DNA of 64,000 nt from an archaeon (lineage in GTDB: Archaea > B1Sed10-29 > WALL01): positions 1 to 64,000 of the forward strand of contig JBHOSQ010000002.1 in NCBI GenBank assembly GCA_042584585.1, in the 5' to 3' direction. Numbering within the stretch: position 1 is the first letter of the stretch; each line of letters starts with the position of its first letter. Position numbers and translations under genes: made by a program. Under the pieces are notes generated by a model. That model worked only from the letters and a program-made list of their open reading frames with translations, was not told the origin of the DNA and did no database searches. Shown one piece after another: positions 19,685 to 28,317 of the stretch.

Positions 19685-20895
19685 TGTGACTCACCAAGGA
19701 CTTGGTTGATTAATTCGCCGTTGGACAAGCGGCGGCGGGACAGCCGGGCGTCGCCGTTGAACACAAATATCTCGGCCGGCATCGGGCGAAGGTTGTACAC
19801 CCCACCCATTGAATAACAATAAGCGCCAGCGTTTTCTATCACCAGGAAATCCCCTTCCCGGATTTCCCGCAGCTCACGGTCCGACGCGAACACGTCGCCC
19901 GTCTCACAAATGTTGCCGGCAACATCATACCTCTTGAAGCCGCCGTCCGGATTTGAGGCATTGACAATCTTGTGGTAAGCGTCATAAAACACCGGGCGAA
20001 TCAGCTGCGGGAAGCCCGAGTTCGTGCCGGCGATTAAGCGGCCGTTGTTGTTCTTCAAAGTGTTCACCTGGACGACCAGGTAGCCGGACTCGGCGACAAT
20101 GTACTTGCCAGGCTCGAAGCACATCTCGATCTCGCGGCCGTACTCATTGCAGAACTCGGAAAAAATCTCGGTGATTCTCCTGCCGAAAGCAACGTAATCA
20201 ATGCGCTTTTCGTCCTCCTTGTAAGGCACCTTGAACCCTCCGCCGAAGTCGATGAAGCGCAGGTCAGGAAAGTCCTCGCGCTTCGCGATTGCCAGCAAGT
20301 TGCCCATGCTCTGGTAGACCTTGTCTGTTTCGGCTATCCCCGAGCCGGTGTGCTCGTGCAAGCCAACCACGCGAAGGCCGTGGCGCGCGACTATCTCCTT
20401 TACCTTCAGGACGTCCTGCCGAAGAATCCCGAACTTGGTCAAGTCACCGCCGGTTTGTACAAATTCGAACTCACCGGCGACAACGTCCGGGTTGAACCGC
20501 AGGCAAACCTCGGTGTTTGGAAACGCCGCGCCGTACTTCTCGAGGCGGGACAAAGAGCCGATGTTGAACAAGACACCAAGCCCGGCGACCTCATGCATTT
20601 CTTGCTCGGTCAGGTTGTTCGCGGTGTACAGAATCCGTTCTTTGGGGAAGCCGAGCCTCAATGCCATCTGCACTTCCGCGGGGCTCACCGCGTCGACAAA
20701 CGCGCCGTTCTCGGCCAGCGTCTTGAGGATGGATGGGTTGTAGTTCGCCTTCATCGCGTAATAAATCTTTAGCTTCGGCCAGTTGATGAACTCGTGCAGC
20801 TCGATGTAGCGCTGCAGCACCATGTCGCCGTCGTACACGTACAGCGGAGAGCCATACTCCTGGGCCAAGGAAATTAATTTGTTGTGGTCAATCAC
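19681..20895 (-). CDS. lysA: Diaminopimelate decarboxylase
   Basis: YGSPLYVYD, YAMKAN PLP lysine, HEHTGSG, DFGGGF, EPGKYIVAE, GNICETGD; GTG 20895 overlaps asd stop (true start, not 21267). Confidence 0.94.
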   Translation of the reverse strand: MIDHNKLISLAQEYGSPLYVYDGDMVLQRYIELHEFINWPKLKIYYAMKANYNPSILKTLAENGAFVDAVSPAEVQMALRLGFPKERILYTANNLTEQEMHEVAGLGVLFNIGSLSRLEKYGAAFPNTEVCLRFNPDVVAGEFEFVQTGGDLTKFGILRQDVLKVKEIVARHGLRVVGLHEHTGSGIAETDKVYQSMGNLLAIAKREDFPDLRFIDFGGGFKVPYKEDEKRIDYVAFGRRITEIFSEFCNEYGREIEMCFEPGKYIVAESGYLVVQVNTLKNNNGRLIAGTNSGFPQLIRPVFYDAYHKIVNASNPDGGFKRYDVAGNICETGDVFASDRELREIREGDFLVIENAGAYCYSMGGVYNLRPMPAEIFVFNGDARLSRRRLSNGELINQVLGESQ

Positions 20896-21905
20896 TTGAA
20901 AACACCTTTTTCGATTAAAGCTTCCGCGATTTGCACCGCGTTCAAAGTCGCGCCCTTCAAGAGCTGGTCGCCGCACACGAAAAACTCGATTCCGTGGTCG
21001 CCGAACACGAGGTTGCGGCGGACCCTTCCGACTTCGACGTCGTAATTGTTGGACGCCGTGAGGGGCATTGGGTAAACATTTTCTGCCGGAGAGTCCTTCA
21101 GCACGATGCCTGGAGTATTGGCGAACAAATCGCGCACCTCCTCGGGCGAGGCTGGCTTTTCTGTTTCGACAACAATGCTCTCGGCGTGCGCGCGGAAAGT
21201 TGGGATGCGCACGCAAGTGCAGCTGATTGGGATGTCCACGCCGCCGAAGATTTTCCTCGTCTCCCACACAACCTTCATCTCCTCGCGCGTGTACCCGTTC
21301 TCCCCGAACGAGTCAATGTGCGGAATCACGTTGAACGCGATGGGGTGCTGGAAAGCCTCGTGGGACGGGGGTTTTCCGTCCAAGTGGTTGCGCGTTTCCG
21401 TTTCTAGTTCTTGCATGCCCTTGGCGCCCGCGCCGCTCGTGGATTGATAGGTGGAAATGAATACTTTCTTTAGGCCGTACTTTTGGTGGAGCTGCCACAA
21501 AGGAATTGCCGCGATTGCGGTCGTGCAGTTCGGGTTAGCGATTAAGTGGGAGTCACCGATTGCGTCTGCGTTTATTTCGGGGACCACGAGGGGGACGTTG
21601 TCGTCGTAGCGGAAGGCCGACGAGTTATCGATTACATAGCACCCCGCAGCAATGGCCTGGGGCGCTTTTTCCTTGGGCCAGCCCCCGCCGATTGCGAAAA
21701 ACGCCAGGCCGATTCCCGAGAAGTCCGTGGAATTGGCGTCCTCGATGGTGATGTTTCCGAAAGGAGTTTCAACTGCTTTGCCGGCCGAGCGCTCCGAGGC
21801 GAACAGGCGCAGCGAGCCCACCGGGAACTTACGGTCCGCTAGGACCTTAATCAATTCCTGGCCGACGCTGCCCGTCGCCCCGAAGACACCGACCGTGACG
21901 CCCAT
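20892..21905 (-). CDS. asd: Aspartate-semialdehyde dehydrogenase
   Basis: GATGSVG, DNSSAFR, PLVVPEIN, ANPNCTT, YQSTSGAG, KGATLNAVQ. Confidence 0.96.
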   Translation of the reverse strand: MGVTVGVFGATGSVGQELIKVLADRKFPVGSLRLFASERSAGKAVETPFGNITIEDANSTDFSGIGLAFFAIGGGWPKEKAPQAIAAGCYVIDNSSAFRYDDNVPLVVPEINADAIGDSHLIANPNCTTAIAAIPLWQLHQKYGLKKVFISTYQSTSGAGAKGMQELETETRNHLDGKPPSHEAFQHPIAFNVIPHIDSFGENGYTREEMKVVWETRKIFGGVDIPISCTCVRIPTFRAHAESIVVETEKPASPEEVRDLFANTPGIVLKDSPAENVYPMPLTASNNYDVEVGRVRRNLVFGDHGIEFFVCGDQLLKGATLNAVQIAEALIEKGVFK

Positions 21906-22792
21906 TAAACCAGTCCCAGTTCCTTGAGCGCCGCGTCGACCGTTTGCTTGCTAGAGTCCTGCATCTCGCACATCGGCATGCGGTAAGCGCCGCCAGCCAA
22001 GCCCATCTTGGTGCAGATGTACTTGATGGGAATTGGGTTGGTCTCGATGAACGCGATGCGCGCCATCGGTACGATGACGTCGTAGTGCATTTTTCGGGCT
22101 GACTCGAAGTCGCCCTTCAGCCCGTAGTTCACGAACTCGACCACCTTGTCAGGGATTGCGTTGCTGATTACCGAGACAACGCCCTTTCCGCCAAGAGACA
22201 GGATTGGGAGCACCATGCCGTCGTCGCCGCTGAGGACCGTGAAGTCCTGCTTGTTCGCAACCTGGTCAATCACGTCGCCCATCTGGTTGATGTTGCCCGA
22301 CGCCTCCTTGACCGCGACAATGTTGTCGATTTGCGCGAGGCGCTTGAGGATAGGCGTCTCGATGTTCTTGCCTGTGCGGCCCTGGATGTTGTACACCATT
22401 ATGGGAATGTCCACCGATTCTGCGACGGCCTTGAAGTGGCGGTAAATGCCTTCCGGGGTGGGCTTGTTGTAGTACGGCGTGACTACCAATGCCACGTCGG
22501 CGCCGAGCTCCGCGGCGTGCTTCGTGTTCTCGATGGCCTTGGCCGTGTTGTTGGTTCCGGTGCCGACCATAACGAACGCGCCGCCCTTTTCCTCGATAGT
22601 AATCTGGATTATTTTTTCCTGCTCCTCTGCGGAGAGGGTTGGAGTCTCGCCAGTCGTGCCGAGCGCGAGCAAGCCGTTTATCCCGTTCTTCACCTGGTTC
22701 TGGACGTTCGACCTGACTCCGTCGTAGTCAACCTCTCCGTTGTCGAGGAAAGGCGTTATCAATGCAGTTGTAGCTCCTTCAAACATTTTCAT
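21905..22792 (-). CDS. dapA: 4-hydroxy-tetrahydrodipicolinate synthase
   Basis: TALITPF, GTTGE, PYYNKP, YNIQGRTG, VKEASG, ETNPIPIK. Confidence 0.96.
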   Translation of the reverse strand: MKMFEGATTALITPFLDNGEVDYDGVRSNVQNQVKNGINGLLALGTTGETPTLSAEEQEKIIQITIEEKGGAFVMVGTGTNNTAKAIENTKHAAELGADVALVVTPYYNKPTPEGIYRHFKAVAESVDIPIMVYNIQGRTGKNIETPILKRLAQIDNIVAVKEASGNINQMGDVIDQVANKQDFTVLSGDDGMVLPILSLGGKGVVSVISNAIPDKVVEFVNYGLKGDFESARKMHYDVIVPMARIAFIETNPIPIKYICTKMGLAGGAYRMPMCEMQDSSKQTVDAALKELGLV

Positions 22793-23529
22793 TCACCCAA
22801 TAAAGAATTCATTAAATCGTCTATAGTGTAAAACCCGTTTTTTCCGCTGACGAACTCCGCGGCAAGCACCGCCCCGAGGGCGAATCCGCTGCGGTTCCGC
22901 GCCGTGTGCTTAAGCTCGATTGAGTCGGCGCCGCTGTCGAAGCCTACAACATGGGTCCCGGGAATGTTGCCGGCGCGAGTGCTGCTCACATGGATTTCGC
23001 CGGGCTCGATTTTGCGGGACAGCTTGTCGTAGACCAGCTTGTCTTTTCTGTCGATGTTCTTGAGCAGGATCTGGCCAATCATCTCGGCCGTGCCGCTCGG
23101 GCTGTCGGCCTTGCGGTTGTGGTGGAGCTCGTGCAGGAACACGTCATAGTCCAGCACATTGTTCACCACCTTGGAGGCGGACTCGACCATCCGGAAAAAC
23201 ATGTTCACGCCGATGGAAAAGTTGCCCGACCAAATGAACCCGATGCCGGAATCTGCGACGAGCTTTTTGGCGTCGTCCATTTTCCCGTACCAGCCGGTCG
23301 TCCCCATGACAGCGTTTGTCTTCAGTTCCGCGTACTTCTGGAGGTTGGGAATCGCTGTGTCGGGGTGTGTAAAGTCCACCGCCACGTCCACGCCCTCGAG
23401 GGCACCCGCGGTTATTTCCTTGAAGTCGCCTTCCTCCGGGTCAATGGTGACAAAGCCTATTCCACGGGCCTTCGCCACGGAAGCGATTTCGTGGCCCATG
23501 CGGCCGTACCCAACAATAGCTATTTTCAT
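22789..23529 (-). CDS. dapB: 4-hydroxy-tetrahydrodipicolinate reductase
   Basis: IVGYGRMG, VDFT, GTTGW, NFSIGVN, ELHHNRKADSPSGTA. Confidence 0.95.
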   Translation of the reverse strand: MKIAIVGYGRMGHEIASVAKARGIGFVTIDPEEGDFKEITAGALEGVDVAVDFTHPDTAIPNLQKYAELKTNAVMGTTGWYGKMDDAKKLVADSGIGFIWSGNFSIGVNMFFRMVESASKVVNNVLDYDVFLHELHHNRKADSPSGTAEMIGQILLKNIDRKDKLVYDKLSRKIEPGEIHVSSTRAGNIPGTHVVGFDSGADSIELKHTARNRSGFALGAVLAAEFVSGKNGFYTIDDLMNSLLGE

Positions 23530-24830
23530 TCGAACAACTCCTTGTGCAATACCTTCACGCACTTCTCCAGGTCATCGCCAGGGACAACAAAAGACAAGTT
23601 GATTCTGGACGCGCCCAAAGAAATCATTTTGATTGGGATTTGGCTGTCGCCGCAAATCGAAAAAATCCTTCCCGAAGTGCCTGTCTTGTGCCTGCCGACG
23701 ACGCACACCACGGCCATGCCGTCCTTGACCTCGACCGTGCCGTACTGCTCCAGCTCAGCAATCGCGGCGTCAAGGTTTTCGGTGTTGTCCAGCGTCATCG
23801 AGACACTGACCTCCGAAGTCGAGACCAAGTCCACCGAAATCGCGTGCTTCTCGAACGCCTCGAAAATCTTGGCGAGGAACCCATGGGCCAAAAGCATTCG
23901 CGTCGAAGCGATTCGCACCACTGTGACGCCGCGCTTGAACGCAATCGCCGTGAACTCGCGCTCCGCCTTTGCCTCCGGCAGGATGGCCGTGCCCGGATTC
24001 GATGGGTTGAACGTGTTCAGCACCCTCACAGGAATGCTCTTCTTGACCGCCGGCCAAATGCTCTTGGGGTGCAGCACCCGCGCGCCGAAATAAGACAATT
24101 CCGAAGCCTCGTCAAACCCAATGGCATCAAGGCGCTTCGCCGCCCCCACAAGCCGCGGGTCCGTCGTGAGCACTCCGTCCACATCAGTCCAAATCTGGAT
24201 TTCTTCCGCGCCGAGCGCAGAGCCGATTATCGCGGCAGTATAGTCGCTGCCGCCCCGGCCGAGCGTCGTTATCTCGCCGGACGCGCTTTTGGCGATGAAC
24301 CCGGTGACCACCGGGACTGCGCCGGTTGGGAGCGTGATGCCGCTGTACGTCTCGGGCAAGACCTCGGCACACGTGTGGCTGGAGTCTGTGACAAGCCCGG
24401 CGTCCCAGCCCATGACCGCAGTGGAAGAAGTGCCCTGGGCGGTGAAAAAGGCTGCCACTGTCTTCGCGGAAAAGCGCTCGCCGAACGACATCGCGTAATC
24501 ACTGGTGCGCGGCGACAACTCGCCGAGCAAGTGAATGCCATGGAACACTTCACGCAGCTCGCTGAACTCCGCGTCGAGGAGATTGGCGTCAAGCCCGAGG
24601 GCCGTGAGCAATTCAGTGTGGGGCTTGGTAATGGAATCGACCAACGCGTCCACGCCGTTCTGTCTGGACACGGCTTTCCGCGCGCTGGACAGCAACAAGT
24701 CGGTGACGCCTGCCGCGGCGCTGACGACTATGATTGGGCTCTTGTCCAGGCGCTCGGCCACAATGCCATGGGCTCGCCTGATGCAATCCGCGTCCCCCAC
24801 GGACGAGCCACCGAACTTCATCACAATCAT
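23526..24830 (-). CDS. lysC: Aspartate kinase
   Basis: MKFGGSSV, GERFS, TTLGRGGSDYTA, WTDVDG, GARVLHP, two ACT domains. Confidence 0.95.
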   Translation of the reverse strand: MIVMKFGGSSVGDADCIRRAHGIVAERLDKSPIIVVSAAAGVTDLLLSSARKAVSRQNGVDALVDSITKPHTELLTALGLDANLLDAEFSELREVFHGIHLLGELSPRTSDYAMSFGERFSAKTVAAFFTAQGTSSTAVMGWDAGLVTDSSHTCAEVLPETYSGITLPTGAVPVVTGFIAKSASGEITTLGRGGSDYTAAIIGSALGAEEIQIWTDVDGVLTTDPRLVGAAKRLDAIGFDEASELSYFGARVLHPKSIWPAVKKSIPVRVLNTFNPSNPGTAILPEAKAEREFTAIAFKRGVTVVRIASTRMLLAHGFLAKIFEAFEKHAISVDLVSTSEVSVSMTLDNTENLDAAIAELEQYGTVEVKDGMAVVCVVGRHKTGTSGRIFSICGDSQIPIKMISLGASRINLSFVVPGDDLEKCVKVLHKELFE

Positions 24831-24834
24831 GGTT

Positions 24835-25707
24835 TTATCCCTTGTAAATCCTTGTGCCGGCTTTGCCGGCGAGCGCGGGGCCGAGCTGGTCAAGCGCGCA
24901 AACGAATGCCTTGCCTCCCGCCTCTGCGAATGAGATGCACGCCTCTACCTTGGGCCGCATCGAGCCCTCTGCCAATGACGGCAGCAGCGCGCGGGCATCC
25001 GTGGTTGTAAGCTCGCGCAAGAGCTCCTGGCCATCGGAGCCAAAACTTTTGTAGACGCCTTCGACGTCAGTGAGTATCACGAGGCGGTCGGCGCCCAAGT
25101 CGCGGGCGAGCAAATCGGCGCAGCGGTCCTTGTCAATAACCGCCTCGACGCCGTCGTAGGTGTCGCCGTTCTTGACCACGGGGATTCCGCCGCCGCCGCA
25201 CGTGATGGCCACGGCTTTTTCGCACATGGCCTTGATTGCGTTGATTTCCAGTATTTGCTTCGGCATCGGCGAGGGGACTACTTTGCGGTAGCCGCGGCCG
25301 GAGTCCTCGACCATTCCCGGCTGCGGGGAGTCGTAGAACGGGCCGACGGGCTTTGAGGGGTGTGTGAACGCGGGGTCGCCCTGGTCCACAAGGACCTGGG
25401 TGACTACGGTTGCTGCCTCGATGCCGTAGTTAAGCAGTGTTTTTTGGAGTATGTACCCAATCAGGCCCTGGGACTCGGCGCCGCAGACATTAAGGGGCAT
25501 TGCAGGGGTCTCGGGCCACTGCTGCTGCAGGAGGATGATGCCGACCTGGGGGCCGTTGCCGTGCGTGAGCACGACTTTTTCGCCGCCTGCCACCAGCTTG
25601 GCGACGGGCTTCATGGCCTTTTCGGCGTTGTGGATCTGCTCCTTTAAAGTGCCTTTTTCTCCGGGCTGGAGCAGGGCATTGCCCCCAAGGGCTATGACAG
25701 TGAGCAT
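24835..25707 (-). CDS. arcC: Carbamate kinase
   Basis: IALGGNAL, THGNGPQVG, PSKPVGPFY, GGGGIPV, EAVIDKD, GSMRPK. Confidence 0.94.
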   Translation of the reverse strand: MLTVIALGGNALLQPGEKGTLKEQIHNAEKAMKPVAKLVAGGEKVVLTHGNGPQVGIILLQQQWPETPAMPLNVCGAESQGLIGYILQKTLLNYGIEAATVVTQVLVDQGDPAFTHPSKPVGPFYDSPQPGMVEDSGRGYRKVVPSPMPKQILEINAIKAMCEKAVAITCGGGGIPVVKNGDTYDGVEAVIDKDRCADLLARDLGADRLVILTDVEGVYKSFGSDGQELLRELTTTDARALLPSLAEGSMRPKVEACISFAEAGGKAFVCALDQLGPALAGKAGTRIYKG

Positions 25708-25730
25708 TACCACGGTTATGAAAAAAGGGC

Positions 25731-25738
25731 TTTTTATA
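25731..25738 (-). promoter_or_regulatory. Putative TATA box of the arcC-lysC-dap operon
   Basis: TATAAAAA on minus strand ~25 nt upstream of arcC start. Confidence 0.5.
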
Positions 25739-25739
25739 G

Positions 25740-26411
25740 CTACTTCCCGAAGCGGCGGTCCCTAAGGGAATACGACGAGATGGCGTCGTCAAAATCAGGT
25801 TTTTCGAAATCGGGCCACAATTTCTTGGAGAAGTACAGTTCGCTGTACGCCGACTGCCACGGCATGAACCCCGAAAGGCGCTGGGTGTCGCCCGTCCGCA
25901 CGATTAAATCGGGCTCGGTGGAGGTGTAGAGGGAGTTGGAAATGTTTTCTTCGGTCACCGGAAGGCCTGCCGCCACCACGGATTGGATCGCGTCGACGAG
26001 CTCCTGCCTGCCGCCATAGCCAATCGCAAGGTTTAATGCCCTCCCAGTGTTTTCCGCGGTTGCGCGCATCAGTTCGACTGCTGCCTCCTGCACGTAATAC
26101 GGAAGCATTTCGAGGCGGCCGATGACGCTTACCTTGACGTCGTTGTCCGTGATGAGCGGGTCGTTCTTGGCCTCGACGAGCTTGCGGTTCAGCAGGCGGG
26201 TGAAGACCGATAATTCTACGCCGGTGCGGGACAGGTTTTCTGTCGAGATGGTCCACATGGTCAGCTCGTTCAGCTTGGGGACCTCGAGGCACCACTCGAA
26301 GACCTGCCGTGTCTTCTCGAAGCCCACGGAGTAAGCCTTTGCGAAGTTTACGCCGTTCTTTAGGGCGTAGCGCCGGTTGCCGTCTGGAATAAACGCGATT
26401 GAGCTCAGCAT
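25740..26411 (-). CDS. uppS: cis-prenyltransferase (undecaprenyl/dolichyl diphosphate synthase)
   Basis: FIPDGNRRYA, STEN, AIGYGGRQE, PDLIVRTG, RLSGFMPWQSAYSE. Confidence 0.93.
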   Translation of the reverse strand: MLSSIAFIPDGNRRYALKNGVNFAKAYSVGFEKTRQVFEWCLEVPKLNELTMWTISTENLSRTGVELSVFTRLLNRKLVEAKNDPLITDNDVKVSVIGRLEMLPYYVQEAAVELMRATAENTGRALNLAIGYGGRQELVDAIQSVVAAGLPVTEENISNSLYTSTEPDLIVRTGDTQRLSGFMPWQSAYSELYFSKKLWPDFEKPDFDDAISSYSLRDRRFGK

Positions 26412-26477
26412 GCAAAAACCTTTAAATAGGGTAGGTGCTCTATTATTCCCTTGCGCCGAATAAAAGGGTTTTGGTAA

Positions 26478-27173
26478 ATGGACGTCTCCGTGATTATCCC
26501 AACGCTCAACGAAGAGAAGTATCTAGCGCCATGCCTCGAAAGCCTAAGCAGCCAAAGATTCAGCGGCAGCTACGAAATCATTGTTGGGGACGGGTGCTCC
26601 ACGGACAAGACCGAAAAGATTTGCGGCGAATACGGCGCCAAATTCGTGGTCGAGCCCAAGCCAACCATTGCCGCGGGCAGGCAAAAGGCGTGCGACAAGG
26701 CAAAAGGCAGGATTATCGTCTCGACGGACGCGGACATACACGCGCCGGCCGAATGGCTGGATAGCATCGCCACGCAGTTCAACGGCAACGTCGGGCTTTA
26801 CGGAAACATCGTGCCGTACGACGGCTCGGCGGCAGAGGCGTGGGTCTGCAAGAACGTGATGTCCAAGTACATGCACTTGATGGACGTGCTCGGGAAGCCC
26901 GTTCCGGCGGGGTCGAATTTGTCGTTCACGCGCAAGGCGTTCAAGGAAGTCGGCGGGTTCAACACCGAATTGGTGACCGCGGAGGACCTTGACCTGACGC
27001 ACAAGCTCATGGGCGTGGGAAAAGTCGCTTATAACCCAAAAGGAGTTGTGTATGTTTCGCTCCGCCGCGTCAAGGGATGGGGCTACGGCAACTACATCAA
27101 ATTCCACGTCACTAACGCCATAAAGTACCACACCACCGGCAAAAGCCACGACTCGTACGAGCCCATCAGGTGA
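26478..27173 (+). CDS. Glycosyltransferase family 2
   Basis: VSVIIPTLNEE, DGCSTD, TDAD, GGFN-AEDLDL. Confidence 0.92.
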   Translation: MDVSVIIPTLNEEKYLAPCLESLSSQRFSGSYEIIVGDGCSTDKTEKICGEYGAKFVVEPKPTIAAGRQKACDKAKGRIIVSTDADIHAPAEWLDSIATQFNGNVGLYGNIVPYDGSAAEAWVCKNVMSKYMHLMDVLGKPVPAGSNLSFTRKAFKEVGGFNTELVTAEDLDLTHKLMGVGKVAYNPKGVVYVSLRRVKGWGYGNYIKFHVTNAIKYHTTGKSHDSYEPIR

Positions 27174-27190
27174 ACCCCAGGAAACAGTGT

Positions 27191-27236
27191 TTACGGCGGC
27201 CTAGGGCTGGTTTTACGCCGTAATAACCTTTAAAAA
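27191..27236 (+). promoter_or_regulatory. Putative promoter of pilus operon with upstream 8-bp inverted repeat
   Basis: TTACGGCG(27191)...CGCCGTAA(27223) followed by TTTAAAAA (27229-27236). Confidence 0.45.
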
Positions 27237-27273
27237 GGCTTGTTGTGTTATTCCGCTCGGAATAGTGGATACC

Positions 27274-27861
27274 ATGATGAAAGGTGTAAGCCCCGCTGTA
27301 TCGTACGTTTTGCTTCTGGCCGTAGTAGTTGTGATGTCCGTGGCCGCTTATTTGTGGGGCACTTACGAGATACAGCGCCTCGAAGACCTGCCCGTGGCGC
27401 ACAACATCGAGTCACAAATGATTTCTGTCGACCAACTGGTCCAGGCGGTGAGCCACGGCGACACCAACTTCACGACAACGATGAATTTGTACTACAGGAA
27501 GGGCGTGATACAAGTCGACGAAAGCGATGGCTGGATTAAGTACACCGCGCAATTGAACGCTGACGTCTACGAGCGGCTGGAGGAGACCGCGAACTCCACA
27601 TGCAACTCCACAACCATCGTCATCCAGGACGACGCGACCGGAATAAAGATGTCACGGATGCCGTACACGAACGTGTTCCGCGGCAGCACGGGCGGCGACG
27701 AAGCGCAGGTAATCGAAATAGTTGCGTGCTACGACGACATTCAAATAGAGGAAAGCACGGTGTGCAAGGGGCGGAGCGGCCCGCGCGCGCAGCTCACCGC
27801 AAAAAAAACCGGGTACAACGCGACGTCAAGCAAGCCCATTGTTGAGGTGAGGGTCTGCTGA
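27274..27861 (+). CDS. Archaeal type IV pilin (class III signal peptide)
   Basis: MMKG/VSPAVSYVLLLAVVVVMS N-terminus. Confidence 0.85.
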   Translation: MMKGVSPAVSYVLLLAVVVVMSVAAYLWGTYEIQRLEDLPVAHNIESQMISVDQLVQAVSHGDTNFTTTMNLYYRKGVIQVDESDGWIKYTAQLNADVYERLEETANSTCNSTTIVIQDDATGIKMSRMPYTNVFRGSTGGDEAQVIEIVACYDDIQIEESTVCKGRSGPRAQLTAKKTGYNATSSKPIVEVRVC

Positions 27862-28307
27862 AAGGCCAGTTCAGCGTCTCGTTCGTCGCGCGCATCGCGC
27901 TTGGCCTGCTGATGGTCGTGGCGATTGCGTACGCCACGCTCGCGCTCGAAGACTCGATAAAGCGGGAGTCACAAAAGCAGACGCTCGTGAACGTCGGGGA
28001 ATACGTCGGGCGCAACGTGGTCACGATCATGCAGTACCTCGACCCCGGCCAGTCCGGAAACCAAACATTCCGAATCCCACTCTCAAAAGACTACTACGCG
28101 GGCCAATACACGGTAAAGCTGGAGGACATTGACGACGTGGTGTACATAACAGTAACGTCGCTCAAGTGGTCGGACATGTCCGCGAGGCAGCCCCTGTACC
28201 TGAACGCCAGCAAGGTCGACATCAACACGGCCCCCGCCTTCCCGCCCGCGGTGTGCGCAACAGCAAGCCGCAACACAACACATTACCAATTGTCATTGAA
28301 CTGCTGA
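27858..28307 (+). CDS. Pilin-like protein, probable CTG start
   Basis: In-frame KGQ/FSVSFVARIALGLLMV lies upstream of ATG 27912; in-frame stop at 27843; GAGGTGA SD 7 nt before CTG 27858, which overlaps the previous TGA. Confidence 0.7.
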   Translation: MKGQFSVSFVARIALGLLMVVAIAYATLALEDSIKRESQKQTLVNVGEYVGRNVVTIMQYLDPGQSGNQTFRIPLSKDYYAGQYTVKLEDIDDVVYITVTSLKWSDMSARQPLYLNASKVDINTAPAFPPAVCATASRNTTHYQLSLNC

Positions 28308-28317
28308 GGTTGAAAAA

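Noticed and set aside
20896-21267. 124-aa N-terminal extension of LysA in the ORF track
   Set aside because: Overlaps asd in another frame; GTG 20895 overlapping the asd stop gives a normal-length LysA
22951-25010. Long plus-strand ORFs (380 and 488 aa) over dapB/lysC, and similar ones such as 8048-9145 and 57569-58675
   Set aside because: Antisense shadows of well-supported GC-rich genes; no recognisable motifs
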